Assembly (NCBI RefSeq): GCF_009834535.1
Contig: NC_045732.1
Coordinates: 36,022,001-36,086,000, forward strand
DNA from: Camelus ferus
Lineage: Eukaryota
Length of the DNA stretch: 64,000 bases
Reading direction: 5' to 3'
Part shown: positions 26,270 to 38,310 of the stretch, one piece after another
Layout of the letters: the number at the start of each line of letters is the position of its first letter
Numbering within the stretch: position 1 is the stretch's first letter
The notes under the pieces: generated by a model
The model's database searches: none
What the model saw: only the letters and a program-made list of their open reading frames with translations
What the model was told of the DNA's origin: nothing
Translations under genes and position numbers: made by a program

Positions 26270-27220
26270 GTAGCAAGTCTCAAAGACAGGGACATACAAT
26301 GAACCATGCTTCCCAGTACTCATGAACTTGTATAATCCCCTCCCACATTAAATCTAAGTTAGCTTTAACTAAAGCTTCAGTTATCTTTAACTAAAGGAAC
26401 AGAGCAAAAGTGATAACTAGTAAGCCAGAAAAAGAAAGAAAAATATCATATGATATCATCCATATGTGGAATAAAAAAAAAAAGACACAAATGAACTTAT
26501 TTACAAAACAGAAACAGACTCACAGACATAGAAAACAAACTTATGGATACCAGTGGGTAAGGGGGCGAGAAGGGGTAAATTGGGAGTTCGAGATTTGCAG
26601 ATACTAACTACTATATATAAAATAGATAAACAACAAGGTCCTACTGTACAGCGCAGGGAACTCTGTTCAATATCTTGTAGTAAACTATAATGGAAAAGAA
26701 TATGAAACAGAATATATACATATGACTGAAACATTATGCTGTACACCAGAAATTGACACAACGTTGTAAACTGACTATACTAAAATTTTAAAAGAAGATT
26801 CTATATAACAACAAAAAAAAAATGATAACTATGCCAGTTCTGGGTTTGTGTCTTAAGAGAGCCTGGCAGCTTCCACTTTCCTAGAAGCCCTCTTTGGGGA
26901 GCCCTGAGTCACCATGTAAGAAGCCCAGCTGCCCCGCTGCAGAGACCACGTGGAGAGGCCACAATGAGAGGCCAGAGGAAGACAGAATCCTGAGACTAAG
27001 ATGTCCTGTCATCCCCGTTGACACCAACTTCCAGATGTCCCCATCAAGGGCACCAGACATGTAAGTGAAGGCATCTTCAGTGTTTGTCCCAGCTGTCTTC
27101 TAACTGTAGCCTCGTGACAGATCCTCAGCAAGACCAGCAGAAGAATCACCCAGCTGAGCCCTAGTCTACCCACAGAACCATGAGAAAGAATGGAATGGTT
27201 GCTGCTTTAAGCCACTATTT
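26270..27220 (+). mobile_element. MLT1F/G-like MaLR LTR nested in the old L1 and split by a young L1
   Basis: ccatgcttcccagtactcatg...cccctcccacattaaatct...tgccagttct...gagaccacgtggagaggcc...gcaccagacatgtaagtgaag...ggttgctgctttaagccact. Confidence 0.8.
26420..26817 (+). mobile_element. Young 5'-truncated L1 with target-site duplication
   Basis: L1 3' UTR plus A-tail flanked by aaaagtgataacta (26406-26419) and aaaaatgataacta (26818-26831). Confidence 0.9.
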
Positions 27221-29754
27221 TTTTTTTTTTGGAGAATATTTAACACGTATTTCATCGGATAGGGAGGAATGAAAAAAATGAGCTAGAAACAATGTACAAA
27301 AACAATGGCTGAGAATTTTCCAAAATTCACTAAGGGTATCATTCTCAGATTCCAGAAATCCTAATAAACGCCCAAAAGATAAATGAAATCTATGTTTTAG
27401 CACATCATAGTAAAAATGCAGAAGACTAAAGATGCAGAAAAAAATTTTTAAAGTAGCCAGAGGGAAATAAAAGCAAATTACATTCAAAGGAGCAACAATT
27501 AAGACTGACAGCTGACTACCCCTCACCAAAAAAATCACTGAAGTCAGAAGACAGTGAAGTGGTATCTCCAAAGTGCTAAAAGAAACAATATGAATAGAAT
27601 AGTTCCAACCTAGAATCCCAAAAGTGGTGAACATATCTATCAAAAATGAAGGTGAGAAAGACACTTTCCGAATAACAAAAACTGGAAAAAAAAAAAAAAC
27701 CCTATCACTAGCGGAACTAAATGAAATAGAAATGATGTTTGTCCAGCATAATTAACACCCCAAAGTGTTTAAAAAGTAAATAACATATCTAAGTAACTCA
27801 TGGGTCAAAGAAACAAATACCCACATGAAATATTTTAAACTGAATAACAAATATCCTGCACATTAAACTTGTGGGAATGGAGCCAAAGCTGCTTAGAATA
27901 AGAAATATATATGTTAAAAATAAGAACAGCTAAAAATGACCAAGCTAAGTATGTATCTCAAGACATTAAAAGCAAAATAAACTAAGAAAGCACAAGGAAG
28001 AAATATAAATAAGGGCAAAAATAAAGTAGAAAAAAAGCATAAAATAGTGATGATCCACAAACGTGTAAGTTGGCTGTTTGAGAAGATTAATAAACATGCC
28101 AGGCCTTTGATAAAGACTGATGAATAAAACAGAGAAAGAGACATAACTACAGACAATCAAGATAATTAAAGAGTATATTTCAATCAACCTTATTCCAAAA
28201 AGTTTAAAATTTTGGATAAATTGGAAAAAGTCTCAAAAATTAGAATTTATCAAAATGGTCACAAGAAATATAAAACCTGAACAGTGCTTTAAGAAACTGA
28301 ATTTGTAATTTAAAACCTTCTCATGGTAAAAAATAAACTGCATGTGCAGATGGCTGTACCAGCAAGTTCTACCAAAACTTGAAGAAAGCAGTAACACTTA
28401 ACACAAAGATTTATGGATAAACGATACAAACCTTGTCACAGAACAGAGCAAAAGGCATTATCCACAGCTTGGAGTCTAGATTGAGCCAAACATAAAAACA
28501 CAACTAGAACTAAACAAGAAGTGAAAACTATAAACCAATCTCACTCATGATCACAGATGCAAAAATCTGAAAGAAAATCCTGGCACACAAAATCCACATT
28601 ATTTTAAAAGAATAATATACCCTGATCAAATTGAATTTAAATATGGAATCCACACTCAGTTTAAAATAATTTTTTAAATCAGTCAATATAATTGACCATA
28701 TTAATACATTAAAGGAGAAAAATCTTCTCATCTCAATAGATGTAGAAAAAGTGACATCTATTAATGATCTAAAACATAAGCAACAGGCGGAAAATTCCTA
28801 TTCTAAACAAAGATACATACCAAAAAACTACAATAAACATAATACTTAATGATGATACATCAAAAGCAGTCCCTTTTAGAAAAGGGAATGAGACAGGACA
28901 TCCACTGTCATCTCTTCTACTTGACAGTGCACTAGAGGTCTTGGCCATGGCAATAAGGCAGAAAAAAGAAAGATTAAAAAGAAAGAGTTAATATTTACAG
29001 ATGAGAAGATTATATTCATAGAAAAACCAAAGGGATCACTATTATTACAATTATAAAGGGTTTTTAGCAAGATTGATGACTATAACATCAAAGCTCAAAA
29101 ATAAAATTTATGTTAAAAAAATAAAATAGAATTTATGTGTATATATCAGCAATTGTTATAAATAAAATGTTTAAAAATATGCCATTTTGATAATATCAAA
29201 CAAATACATGGGACTAAATCTAACAAAATATGTGTAAGATCATTATGCAGAAAACGACATCAATGAATATGTTGAACAAATAAAGCCAGATGCAAGAGTA
29301 TGTAGTATATTAATCCATTTACATAAAGCTCAAAAATCGGCGAAACTGCATCATCTGGGGATAAATATTTAGGTAGAAAATTAAAAAGCAAAATAAGGTT
29401 TGCATAGAGTCAGGATACCTCTGGGAGCAAAGGACACTGGAAGGGGAAAGACAAGGCTTCTGAGGTCCTGGGACCATTCCAATTCTTGGCCTTGGTGGTG
29501 GAGAGATGGGAGCTCGCTGACAATATTTCTTTCAGCTGCGCACCTAAAACCACATTTCTGTATGTAGAGTGCATTTCATACATGTGCATACATGCAGAAA
29601 AGGTTTTTAAAAATCCCCATGGAAGCAGCTACAAGACAGGGGGTGGGAGGGTGGAAGCAGAATCCCAATTGGGAACAATCACTGAAGAAATTTAGTGAAA
29701 TGTCATTATTTTTTTTTTAAACAGAGTAAACAGAGGAACAGTCTCCCTAGCAAG

Positions 29755-29960
29755 ATCTTCTAGAGTCAGAAGACTTGGGTTTCAGTCTTAGCTCTACCGC
29801 TCACTAGCACTGCAGTATGGGGAAAGTCTTTTTTAGCTAAGTCCAGTCCTCTCTACTGCAAAATAAGAATTCCACTTAACTCCCGATTAGAGAGAATATA
29901 TCTACAGTGTCTTGTCACATAATAGAAGGTCAGTAAATGGAAATTGCTTTTGTAATTATC
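29755..29960 (+). mobile_element. MIR
   Basis: tctagagtcagaagacttgggtttcagtcttagctctaccgctcactagc...aaaataagaat...gtcacataatagaaggtcagtaaatgg. Confidence 0.7.
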
Positions 29961-30499
29961 TTTGCTATAACTGGAAGGAGGGGGTATCTTCCCGTTTTTA
30001 TTAATAAGTTTACAGTCTTAAACTGACATATGAAGTTCTGAGCAAAGACATTACCAGTCATTCGGTTAATAAAAATTGACCACCAGGAACTACTTCACTT
30101 GAAATCATTATTAGATGACAAGTTTAACAGAACTCTCAATAAATTACATTTAACACATTCAATAAATAAGACTTCAGGAGGCTACGCCAATAGTTCTTTT
30201 CCGGAAAGAATTGTGAGAACCCCTTTTACGTGTATATAGTAGATGATCACAGTATAACTTTTCCATAAAAGTAATAAAGAGCCTTCACAGGCTGAAGACA
30301 CTAAGGATCTCTATGTCGCCCATCAATGAGCATTCACATTGGTCCAAAGATGTTCAAACACATAGGTATTCACTGTGGCAGCATGAGTTGCCCGTGAGCT
30401 TTCTTGTCCTTATTTCTACATTCACAGCCCAAGCAACTAAGGCCATGGGAGATTCAAGCAACATGTGAGAATCAGTGTGATAAGATGCAAAAAGAATAT

Positions 30500-30630
30500 T
30501 ATCTAAGAGACCAACAGATCTGCTTGCAAATCCTGGCCCTGGCACCTCCTATTCAGGTATCCTCTTTCAGCCTCCGTGTCCCGAGTTGTCCAAATGGAAT
30601 AAAACCAATCTCATGGGATCGTTTCATGGA
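30500..30630 (+). mobile_element. MIR fragment
   Basis: cagatctgcttgcaaatcctggccctggcac...tcagcctccgtgtcccgagttgtccaaatggaataa. Confidence 0.55.
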
Positions 30631-30963
30631 ACGTCTTCAGCGCAGAATGGTGGGACCATCATTCTGCTGAGTGAAGCTACCACTTAACTCTGATTTCTCA
30701 CCCCACCATATTAGGTCTCCTTCCTCACAAAGGTGTTTCCTTGCTAAGTGTCTCAAATGAGTTGGCTAACGCAGCCATTAACGAGACATCTCCCACGGTA
30801 CAGGGATTAGAACCCCAGAAACTCAGAGCTGCAGAGAGCTCTGAGACCACCAGACACTCTAGTTATAACCAGCTGCATCCACCGCAATTTAACATCTTTT
30901 ACAGCATTTTACAGATCATCAGTATGATGGTGGTTAACTGTTAAGGATTTGCTAAGGGTCTAG

Positions 30964-31011
30964 AACAGGAATTCTCAAGCCTGACTGCACATTACAATCT
31001 CATGAGTAGTT

Positions 31012-31063
<52 letters not shown>

Positions 31064-31175
31064 GGACATGCCCAATCTCAAATCAACGCAATCAGAAATT
31101 TGAGACCAAGCACAGGCATCTATATTTTGTACAAGCTTAAGACTCCAGGTGTAGCTAGGGGATGAGACCACCACA
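30964..31175 (+). mobile_element. MER5A-like hAT MITE containing a (CA)24 microsatellite (31015-31062)
   Basis: caggaattctcaagcctgactgcacattacaatc...atcagaaatt...caggcatctatatttt...ggggatgagaccaccac. Confidence 0.7.
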
Positions 31176-31310
31176 ACAGAAGAAAAGATGAAGAAACTGT
31201 CAGTACTTAGTGATCAAAAAATGGCTTTAATAATTATGTGGGCATTTTTTCTATCCTACTGAAATATGAAAGAAAAGTCAAGTGAGAAGCAACTCAAGAG
31301 ATCCAGACTG

Positions 31311-31410
31311 GGGGAGGGTATATACACAGCTCAGTGGTAGAGCACGTGCTTAGCATGCACGAGGTCCTGGGTTCAATCCCTAGTGCCTCCTCTAAAAAAA
31401 AGTAAGAGCG
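31311..31410 (+). mobile_element. vic-1-type tRNA-derived SINE with TSD
   Basis: A-box/B-box body agctcagtggtagagcacgtgcttagcatgcacgaggtcctgggttcaatccc. TSD agagatccagactg (31297-31310) / agagatccaggctg (31411-31424). Confidence 0.9.
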
Positions 31411-31460
31411 AGAGATCCAGGCTGTATTTAAAGAATTTCATGATCAAGAGAGTCAGCTGA

Positions 31461-31543
31461 TGTGCTGTGCACCAGAAATTGACACAACACTGTAAACTGA
31501 CTATAACTCAATATAAAAATAATAATTTTAATTATTAAAAAAA
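31461..31543 (+). mobile_element. Very short (~80 bp) young L1 3' terminus with TSD
   Basis: tgtgctgtgcaccagaaattgacacaacactgtaaactgactat plus A/T tail, flanked by agagtcagctga / agagtaagctga. Confidence 0.8.
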
Positions 31544-32827
31544 AGAGTAAGCTGAGATAACAGAATTAGAAAAAATAAAATTACCTCCTCTAGAACAACG
31601 TATTTCATGTGAAGAGCATATTTTGGTACTGTCATGCTAAGAAAAATAAATGGAAAAATGGAATGACGCTGATTTCTCTCAGGGCTCTGCACCTTCTCTT
31701 GTGATTTTATCCAAACCCAACAGGGCATTAGCAAGCCACTCAAAATGTCACATTGTAAATGATTCCATGTCATAAAAGTGTTCTTAAGAAAAAGTGGAAT
31801 CAAAAGCATGACTTTTCTTTTGAGGTAGTCTCCATTTTGTACAAAATATATTTCTACCCAAGTCCTAGGGATTCCTGCTTTATTTTGCCAAATTTCTCCT
31901 CTAGAAAATTAGTTGTTACCATAGTAATATTTACCCACCCTGATATCATTTCCCGCTTGCTTATTCTAGGGCTTTTGCACATAGCAACCACACAGATCTC
32001 TACTGCAAGCTGCTCACAGCGCTCGGGTCCTTGGCAACATTCAGGAACAAATATATCTTTAAACTATGGGGACATTTAGCTGAACGCCATAGTTTTAGAC
32101 ATCTCTAAAGTGCTATTTGTGCTGAATGTATCCCAGATCTGTCAATTCTTATGAGTAACATATCTCTCCTCATCTTCATCCAACTCGATTGGTGAGAGCT
32201 ACGGAAGAATAATCTGGTTCATAATTTTGCTCATAATTCCTGTATTTTGGAGCTAAAGACTTAATTGCAGCATATCTAAGCAATTGATTCTTTAAGACAC
32301 AGGCATTTTATCACTTAAAAATTACTGTAAATAAATGATATCATCTTTCTTCCAATTTTGAGAATATTCTAGTCTTTAACGTAAGAACTTGGCAGTTACT
32401 ACGGTAGTGATTTGAATCAATGGAATGTTGGTGGACTGATGTGGCATGGTCAACATATTTCATCTAGAACTAAGTGGAAAGTCAGATAATGAATAATGCA
32501 GTTCTTTGCATATTATTTTTAATATTATCTAACTATTTAAAAGTATTTACGTATATATAGTATGTATAGTATTTTTAAAAATATACCTACAACCACATAG
32601 AACAAAGCGTTAAGGAAATTGAACTAAAATGTAAATTAAGATTAAATCCCCAAAAGTCCTAATGAGAAATGTCTTTTTATTTTTTTAATGTTTACTCTAT
32701 GCCCATTTATAGTAGGAGGAAAAGGGTTTCGAATCATAATAGGGGACTTTTTCCAAATTGTATCCACCAGCAGGTCGTCCCAGTCTAATGATTCATGATC
32801 TCTTAGGTACACAATGGGGTTTCTTAC

Positions 32828-32993
32828 CCCGGAACGGGGTTTGCAATGAGTCACCCCGTGGCTGATTCACTTTCCTTGATGACTAAGTTGTGCAGGAGTT
32901 TGTCAGTGAAGGGCCCACGGCCCACCACAAGGCGGCACCCCAGGGAAGGAAGAGCCTGAGATTGGCAGGTTTGGAAGGGAAACAGTCACTGGG
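32828..32993 (-). other. Candidate 166-nt 5'-UTR exon or AP-1-containing enhancer
   Basis: Acceptor ctctctcctgcag|, donor GGG|GTAAGA, TGAGTCA at 32847-32853. Not repeat-like. Confidence 0.3.
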
Positions 32994-33328
32994 CTGCAGG
33001 AGAGAGCTAGCATACATCCACAAAAAATATAAAAACATACACAGTTCATTGATGAACTAGTGCACTGTGTAGGAAAGTCAGCGTCAGAGCACCGTCTTCA
33101 GTCCTCTGAAAAGGAGTGGTTGAAAGACTTAAAGTTAAGTCCAAAAAGTGGCAAAGTTAATTTAACCTATGGTCAGCCCTAACACAAACAGATAATTTGG
33201 AAGAAAAGAAATAAAAACCTAATCAGTGTTAGATTGACTCCTTTTTTATCTAAAGAATCAAGACTCTTCCAACACCTTTGCTCAAGAATTTCACACACAT
33301 CCAAATAGCTATCTTTCATTATTGATAC

Positions 33329-33500
33329 CAGAGGTTGACAAATCTTTTCCATAAATGGTCATATGTAGTCTCTGTCCCTCTGCCGCCATTGTGTTGTTGA
33401 AATCAGCCACAGACCATTAAGTAAAACGGCATGGTTGAGTTCCAATAAAATTTATATCGACAAACACAGGTGCACATTTGCCCTAAAGCCAGGCAAACAC
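33329..33500 (+). mobile_element. MER58A-like hAT MITE
   Basis: cagaggttgacaaatcttttccataaatgg...cagccacagac...ggttgagttccaataaaattta. Confidence 0.75.
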
Positions 33501-34063
33501 TTCACATAGGTTGGGCATCTGAGTTTGTAAAGGATTTTTAAACCCCACTGCATTCAGCGCCTCCCTCCAGTGAGTTAGATCCGCTGATATCTACACATAA
33601 TCCACACGTAAGGAAACTCAAGGACAAGATGACCATCAAAGAACAGGAACAAGCAGCACAAAAGATTCTTTAGTTCAAGAATCATCACTTTGTTCCAAAG
33701 ACTCAAGATGTTACATGTTAGATCACTTGTAACACTGCTTGAGTTTCATCTCATAAAAACCTGAGACTTCCGAGATTCAAATAAGCCAAACAAAATGTCA
33801 TGGCCCAATAGCTTGTAAGCAAGATCCAAGACTTCCAGATAAAATAACATCGCTTTTCTTAGAAGTTAAAAAGGAAAAAAACAATGATTCTAAATAATTA
33901 CTGTTCTAATTATGCCTATTTTAAATAAAGAGGTATACAATAAATTTTTTAAATTTTACCTAATTATTATTATTATTGATGTATTCATCGGGGTCAAATT
34001 GAAAGGCAAATAATTCAAAAAGAAAACTTCTTTTAAAACAGCATTTCTAAGGACCATCTACCT

Positions 34064-34231
34064 CAGTGCTATTCAGCTTCTAATACACAAAGGAATCCCC
34101 TGGGGATGTTGCTGAAATGCACACTCTGATTCAATAAGTCTAAGGGAGGAGCCCAAAGTCCTGCATTTCTAACAAGCCCCCCAGTTGCTGGGGAGGCCGA
34201 TGGCCCGTGGACCACCCTTTAAGTAACAAAG
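34064..34231 (+). mobile_element. MER5B-like hAT MITE
   Basis: cagtgct...aatcccctggggatgttgctgaaatgcacactctgattca...tgcatttctaacaagcccccca...gtggaccaccctttaagtaacaaag. Confidence 0.8.
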
Positions 34232-34486
34232 AATACATAATCATTGGGGAAATGTTGATATTCACCCCTTGGGGATTCCTAGGGACCAGGAATTTAAAAT
34301 TAGCTCCCACCAAAAGTAATTATGCACTTTTTAAAGGAATTTAAGGAGACTAATGCACAAATGAGGCGGATCTTTTCTTTAAAGACTAGAAAATCCACAA
34401 TGGCTGTGTATATTTGAGTTAAAACTCAAGAAAGTCGAGTTCCATCCAAACAGGGGCACTGAAATGGCTCATTCAGTAACATGGTA

Positions 34487-34685
34487 CTAACTACTATACA
34501 TAAAATAGATAAACAACAAGGTCCTGCTGTATAGCCCAGGGAACTATATTCACTATCTTGTAGTAACCTATAATGAAAAAGAATATGAAAACGAATATAT
34601 GTATGTATATGTATGACTGAAACTTTATGTTGTATACCAGAAATTGACACATTGTAACTGACTATACTTTACTTTTTTAAAAAAT
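34487..34685 (+). mobile_element. Young L1 3' end
   Basis: atagataaacaacaaggtcctgctgtatagcccagggaactatattc...ccagaaattgacacattgtaactgactatac. Confidence 0.9.
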
Positions 34686-34975
34686 TACATCTTTAAAGGA
34701 AACTAACATTGACTAGCAGTTTATTCCATGTCAGGCAAAGTGATGCTTTCAACACATCACTTTTTAAAATCTTTCCACTTCAGAGGAAGCACCTGCAGAC
34801 AGAGCCTCTGCTTGAGGTCAGAATCTGGATTCAAAACCCACCAGTCTGTCTATATTTACTGCTTTTATTTATTTCTATTTTTGTGTTTTAATCCTCTCTT
34901 TTCCCTTCCCAGTAGTAAATGGGATCATGACTCCCAATTACTTCTCCCTCTCTAAAATCGGGCTGCTCAACCTGT

Positions 34976-35005
34976 GGGCCGTCATGGGCCGTCATGGGCC
35001 GTCAT
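34976..35005 (+). repeat. Perfect (GGGCCGTCAT)3 tandem repeat
   Basis: Read directly from sequence. Confidence 0.95.
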
Positions 35006-35589
35006 GGGGGAGAAGTGTGTGTGCCCACCTGGCGGACTCTGGGTTTGGCCCCAGGACACACTTTGATCACACTTTGAAATGTGAGCAGATATGTCACCAA
35101 CCACCTGCAAGCAGAGGTTTTAACTGTGTTGCATGGTTTGGATTGTGTTCCTGCTCTCAGCCAAGAGAACAGCATGTCCCAGATAGTAACTGTTCTTTCA
35201 GTATTACTTGTAATCAAAAATTGGAAACAATCTACGCCTATTAAAGATAATAAAAACACATGAGAGGAAAAAATACATAATGTAAAATGCAAAAAGTACA
35301 ATGTGACTATGATTATAGCTGTGGGAAAGGACGACATTCATATGCATGGGAACAAAAGGACTCCAAGGAAATATATCAAAATATAATCAAGATTTTGGTG
35401 AACTTTCAGTCAATTTTTGTCCTCTGTTGTCTACGTCTGTTACAGTGTCATACGGCTTTGATAAAATTCCAATTCATCCTCAACTTTCAAATTTGAAGGC
35501 AAGGCTTCTTAAAAATTAGTATAAATCACAAGCATGCGTTGCAAAAAAGGGAAGCTGTCACATCTCAGAATTTCTCTCTTTATGTGCAG

Positions 35590-35740
35590 TGAACCCTCGG
35601 GGTCACCAGTTACTAGCAGTGTGACCTTGTGTAAGTTAACCGCTCTGCGCCTGTTTCCTCATCTAAAAAGGACTTAATATCTATTTCTTGGATTATTTAG
35701 CACATTCAATGTGGTGATAGGCAGAAAGCGCATGACTCAG
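35590..35740 (+). mobile_element. MIR fragment
   Basis: ccagttactagcagtgtgaccttgtgtaagttaaccgctctgcgcctgtttcctcatctaaaa. Confidence 0.75.
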
Positions 35741-35904
35741 AAGGACCTCTCTTTCACTACAGCTAAGAAAGATCACAGAAAACCGATATGATTATATCTG
35801 TTATAGAAAAGAATTTATCAGTGAAGCATTAACCAAAAATAATATTCAAGACAATCTGAGGCCCGCAGCAGTCCATGAACTTTAGCTCTAAGGAGATCCT
35901 ACAG

Positions 35905-36100
35905 CACATACCACTTTTAAGGACCCTTGTGATTACAGAGGGCCCACCCAGATAATCCAGGATAATCTCTCTATTTTCAAGTCAGCTGAGCACTCTTAAA
36001 TTCCAACTGCAACCTTAATTCCCCCTTTGCCATTTCACATGTTCACAGGGTTCAGAGATTAGGACACAGACATCTTTGGAAGGCCATTATGCGACCTAAC
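35905..36100 (-). mobile_element. MLT1 (MLT1C/D-like) LTR fragment
   Basis: ttttaaggacccttgtgattacagagggcccacccagataatccaggataatct...gattaggacacagacatctttggaaggccattat. Confidence 0.8.
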
Positions 36101-36944
36101 CTAGTACATTGTGGTACTTGGTGTAAAATAACTCAAGATTTACTGACTAGCTGATGTCACAGATTCCCACAACACAGCACAATGTGCACCTCTCTTTTCT
36201 GATTTTATACCTTGATGTTCCCTGTGGTTGAGCAACATTCAGCCCCTTAAATCAGAAAAGCACTTATCTACATAGCAAGTGTACTTGAATGAACGAATGC
36301 GTTCCTGCCCAGGAAGCACTCTCTGAACACGGAGGGGGCAGGGGACAAAACTGGAAATCCCACTGGCACTGAAATCGGGGCTGCTAGAGAGACTGCCGAA
36401 GTTCTGTGGAGCTGCAGCTGAGGATGCTGGTAAAGACTTCCCTGAGGAAGGCACTAGGGCAGAATGCGGATGAAGAAGACAAGCAAGGGGCTGGAGGCAT
36501 GGCTCAGCTGGGTGTGTCAAGGGTGCGAGGAAACAGCCCCCCTCCATGTCGGCTGGAAGACCAGAGATGGAGGGAGAGTGGGCGAGGGGCTCCGGGTTGC
36601 TGCTGAATTGCCCTGCAGAAGGACATCATCAAAAAAAAAAAAAAAAAAAAAAATCAGACGAGGGGAAGAAAGCCAGCCTAGATCCCGAGGAGGGATCAAA
36701 GAGGCCAAAAGGAGGAAGAAGTGCCCAGGAGCTGGGGAGCAAGTTGTCCCCATGAGAGGCCAACAAACAGATTGCAACCATTGGGGGAATGGGCGGAGCA
36801 GGGGGCAAGAGAGAGGCAGAGAGTGAGAAAAAGGAAAGAAAACGAGGAGCAAGAGGGAGACAGAGGACAACAGGGAGGGCGGGGAACTTTTCTGGGCTAC
36901 CACCAAGCCCCCCCATCACTGTGCTTGCATACCCTTGCGTAAGG

Positions 36945-37230
36945 AATACATGGAAAAATTACATAGACAGTAAGGGGCACGGCGGTTGCCAGGGGCTTGG
37001 GGGAGAGGGCCCTGGGGAGTTACCGTTTAATGGTGGTAGCGTTTCAGTTTTGCAAAACGAAGAGCATCCTGGAGACGGATGCTGGTGATGGTTGCGCGAC
37101 ACTATGGATGTATTTAGTACCACTGACGTGTATAACGTAAACATGGTACAAGCTAGCAAGTTTTACGTCCTGTGTATTCTACCACAATAAAGAAAATGAA
37201 AAAAGGAAAAGAAAAGGAAAAGAAAAGGAA
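36945..37230 (+). mobile_element. L1MB-type 3' end with GAAAA-rich tail
   Basis: ggttgccaggggcttgggg...tttcagttttgcaaaacgaagagcatcctggag...ggtgatggttgcgcgac...ctaccacaataaag. Confidence 0.8.
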
Positions 37231-37465
37231 TGAAAGTAAACGGCTTACCCATTTCTCTTTCAAGTAGCCAAGTACTGAAAAGAAGTAGTGTGTGGGACAA
37301 AGTAAAAACAAAACAAGAAATTCTATGACAAGCTTGGGTACCTCCACAGGCTAAAGAGAACCAGCAGAAAGGGAAAGAAAGATAAGACACAGATAGGATA
37401 AGGGCTGGAATAAATCCCGGAGGAGGCAAACGGGGTCAGAATCAAAAGCACATGTTGTTGTTGGC

Positions 37466-37492
37466 GGGGGGGGGGGGGGGGGGGGGGGGGGG
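37466..37492 (+). repeat. G27 homopolymer
   Basis: Read directly from sequence. Confidence 0.95.
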
Positions 37493-38079
37493 TAGCAGCT
37501 TTGGGTGAGAGGTGGAGAACTCTCTCTTCTGAAGTAGGGGGAGGCACCACCCACCAGGATGGGAGTGGGGGCTGTGAGGCAGGAGACAAGTGAGCGATGT
37601 CAGGAGGTTAGGGAGAAAGGAAGTGGAAAATCCCAGTGTTTGAAAGCAAAAGAAATCTCTTTATTTCGCTCCTTGACCAACATTGTAGAAGTAATTGTCC
37701 AACTCGAGGTTTAAACAGAGAGCAAACACTTACTGGTCCGAGTTGTGGGCTTTACCTAGAAGCAGCTCTGTTCCCTTAAGTCAGTTAAAGTCTCTAAATT
37801 GCATCTTTAAAGGAGGAGGATTTGCGAAAATAATCCTACCGTCCCAACCAGCTCTGCATTTCAAGGGCTTCAAAGAGAGAGCTTACACCTTGAATACAGT
37901 GTCAGCTTACCTAGACCCCTTCCCTCCCACCCCCCACCCCCCACAAAAAGTGAAAGGGGAACAAAAGTCAAGGTGGATATAATTTAAATACCCTTGGGCT
38001 GTTTTCCCATCTCACTTCTGACAGTGACAGCCACAACAAACAGATGGTTACTGCTGACAAGGTGTCATTCCAGTCCTAA

Positions 38080-38310
38080 TGATAATGGACGTTTTTACAG
38101 CTCCTTAGTGTTTATAAAGAGCCTTCACACATGAAGTGAAGTTTTAGTCAATCATCACAACAGCCCTGAGAAATAGGTAAGGCTGCTCTCCTATTCTACC
38201 CATTTTCCGGTTGAGAAAACTGAGGCTTATAGACATTGAAGATGTGCCCGAGGCCCCCAAGCAGATGAACGATAAACCTGGGATTTGAATCTAGGCACTC
38301 ACAACTCAAA
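38080..38310 (-). mobile_element. MIR
   Basis: atcatcacaacagccctgagaaatagg...cccattttccggttgagaaaactgaggctt...ctgggatttgaatctagg. Confidence 0.8.

Larger units (their letters stand above)
25365..29615 (+). mobile_element. Large degenerate ancient L1 (L1ME-like): 5' region, ORF1, ORF2 remnants and 3' end, interrupted by an MLT1 LTR
   Basis: 5' motif ggccaacactcccactgaagataact. ORF1-like atggctgagaattttccaaaatt and attaagactgacagctgact. RT-region remnant atttacagatgagaagattatattcatagaaaaacc (~28990-29030, FADD-like). Many stops and frameshifts. Confidence 0.8.

Noticed and set aside
31311-31410. Apparent tRNA-Ala(AGC) genes (this and the four similar copies)
   Set aside because: They have a GGGGAGGG 5' extension, a disrupted acceptor stem, A-rich tails and TSDs, so they are SINE copies rather than tRNA genes.
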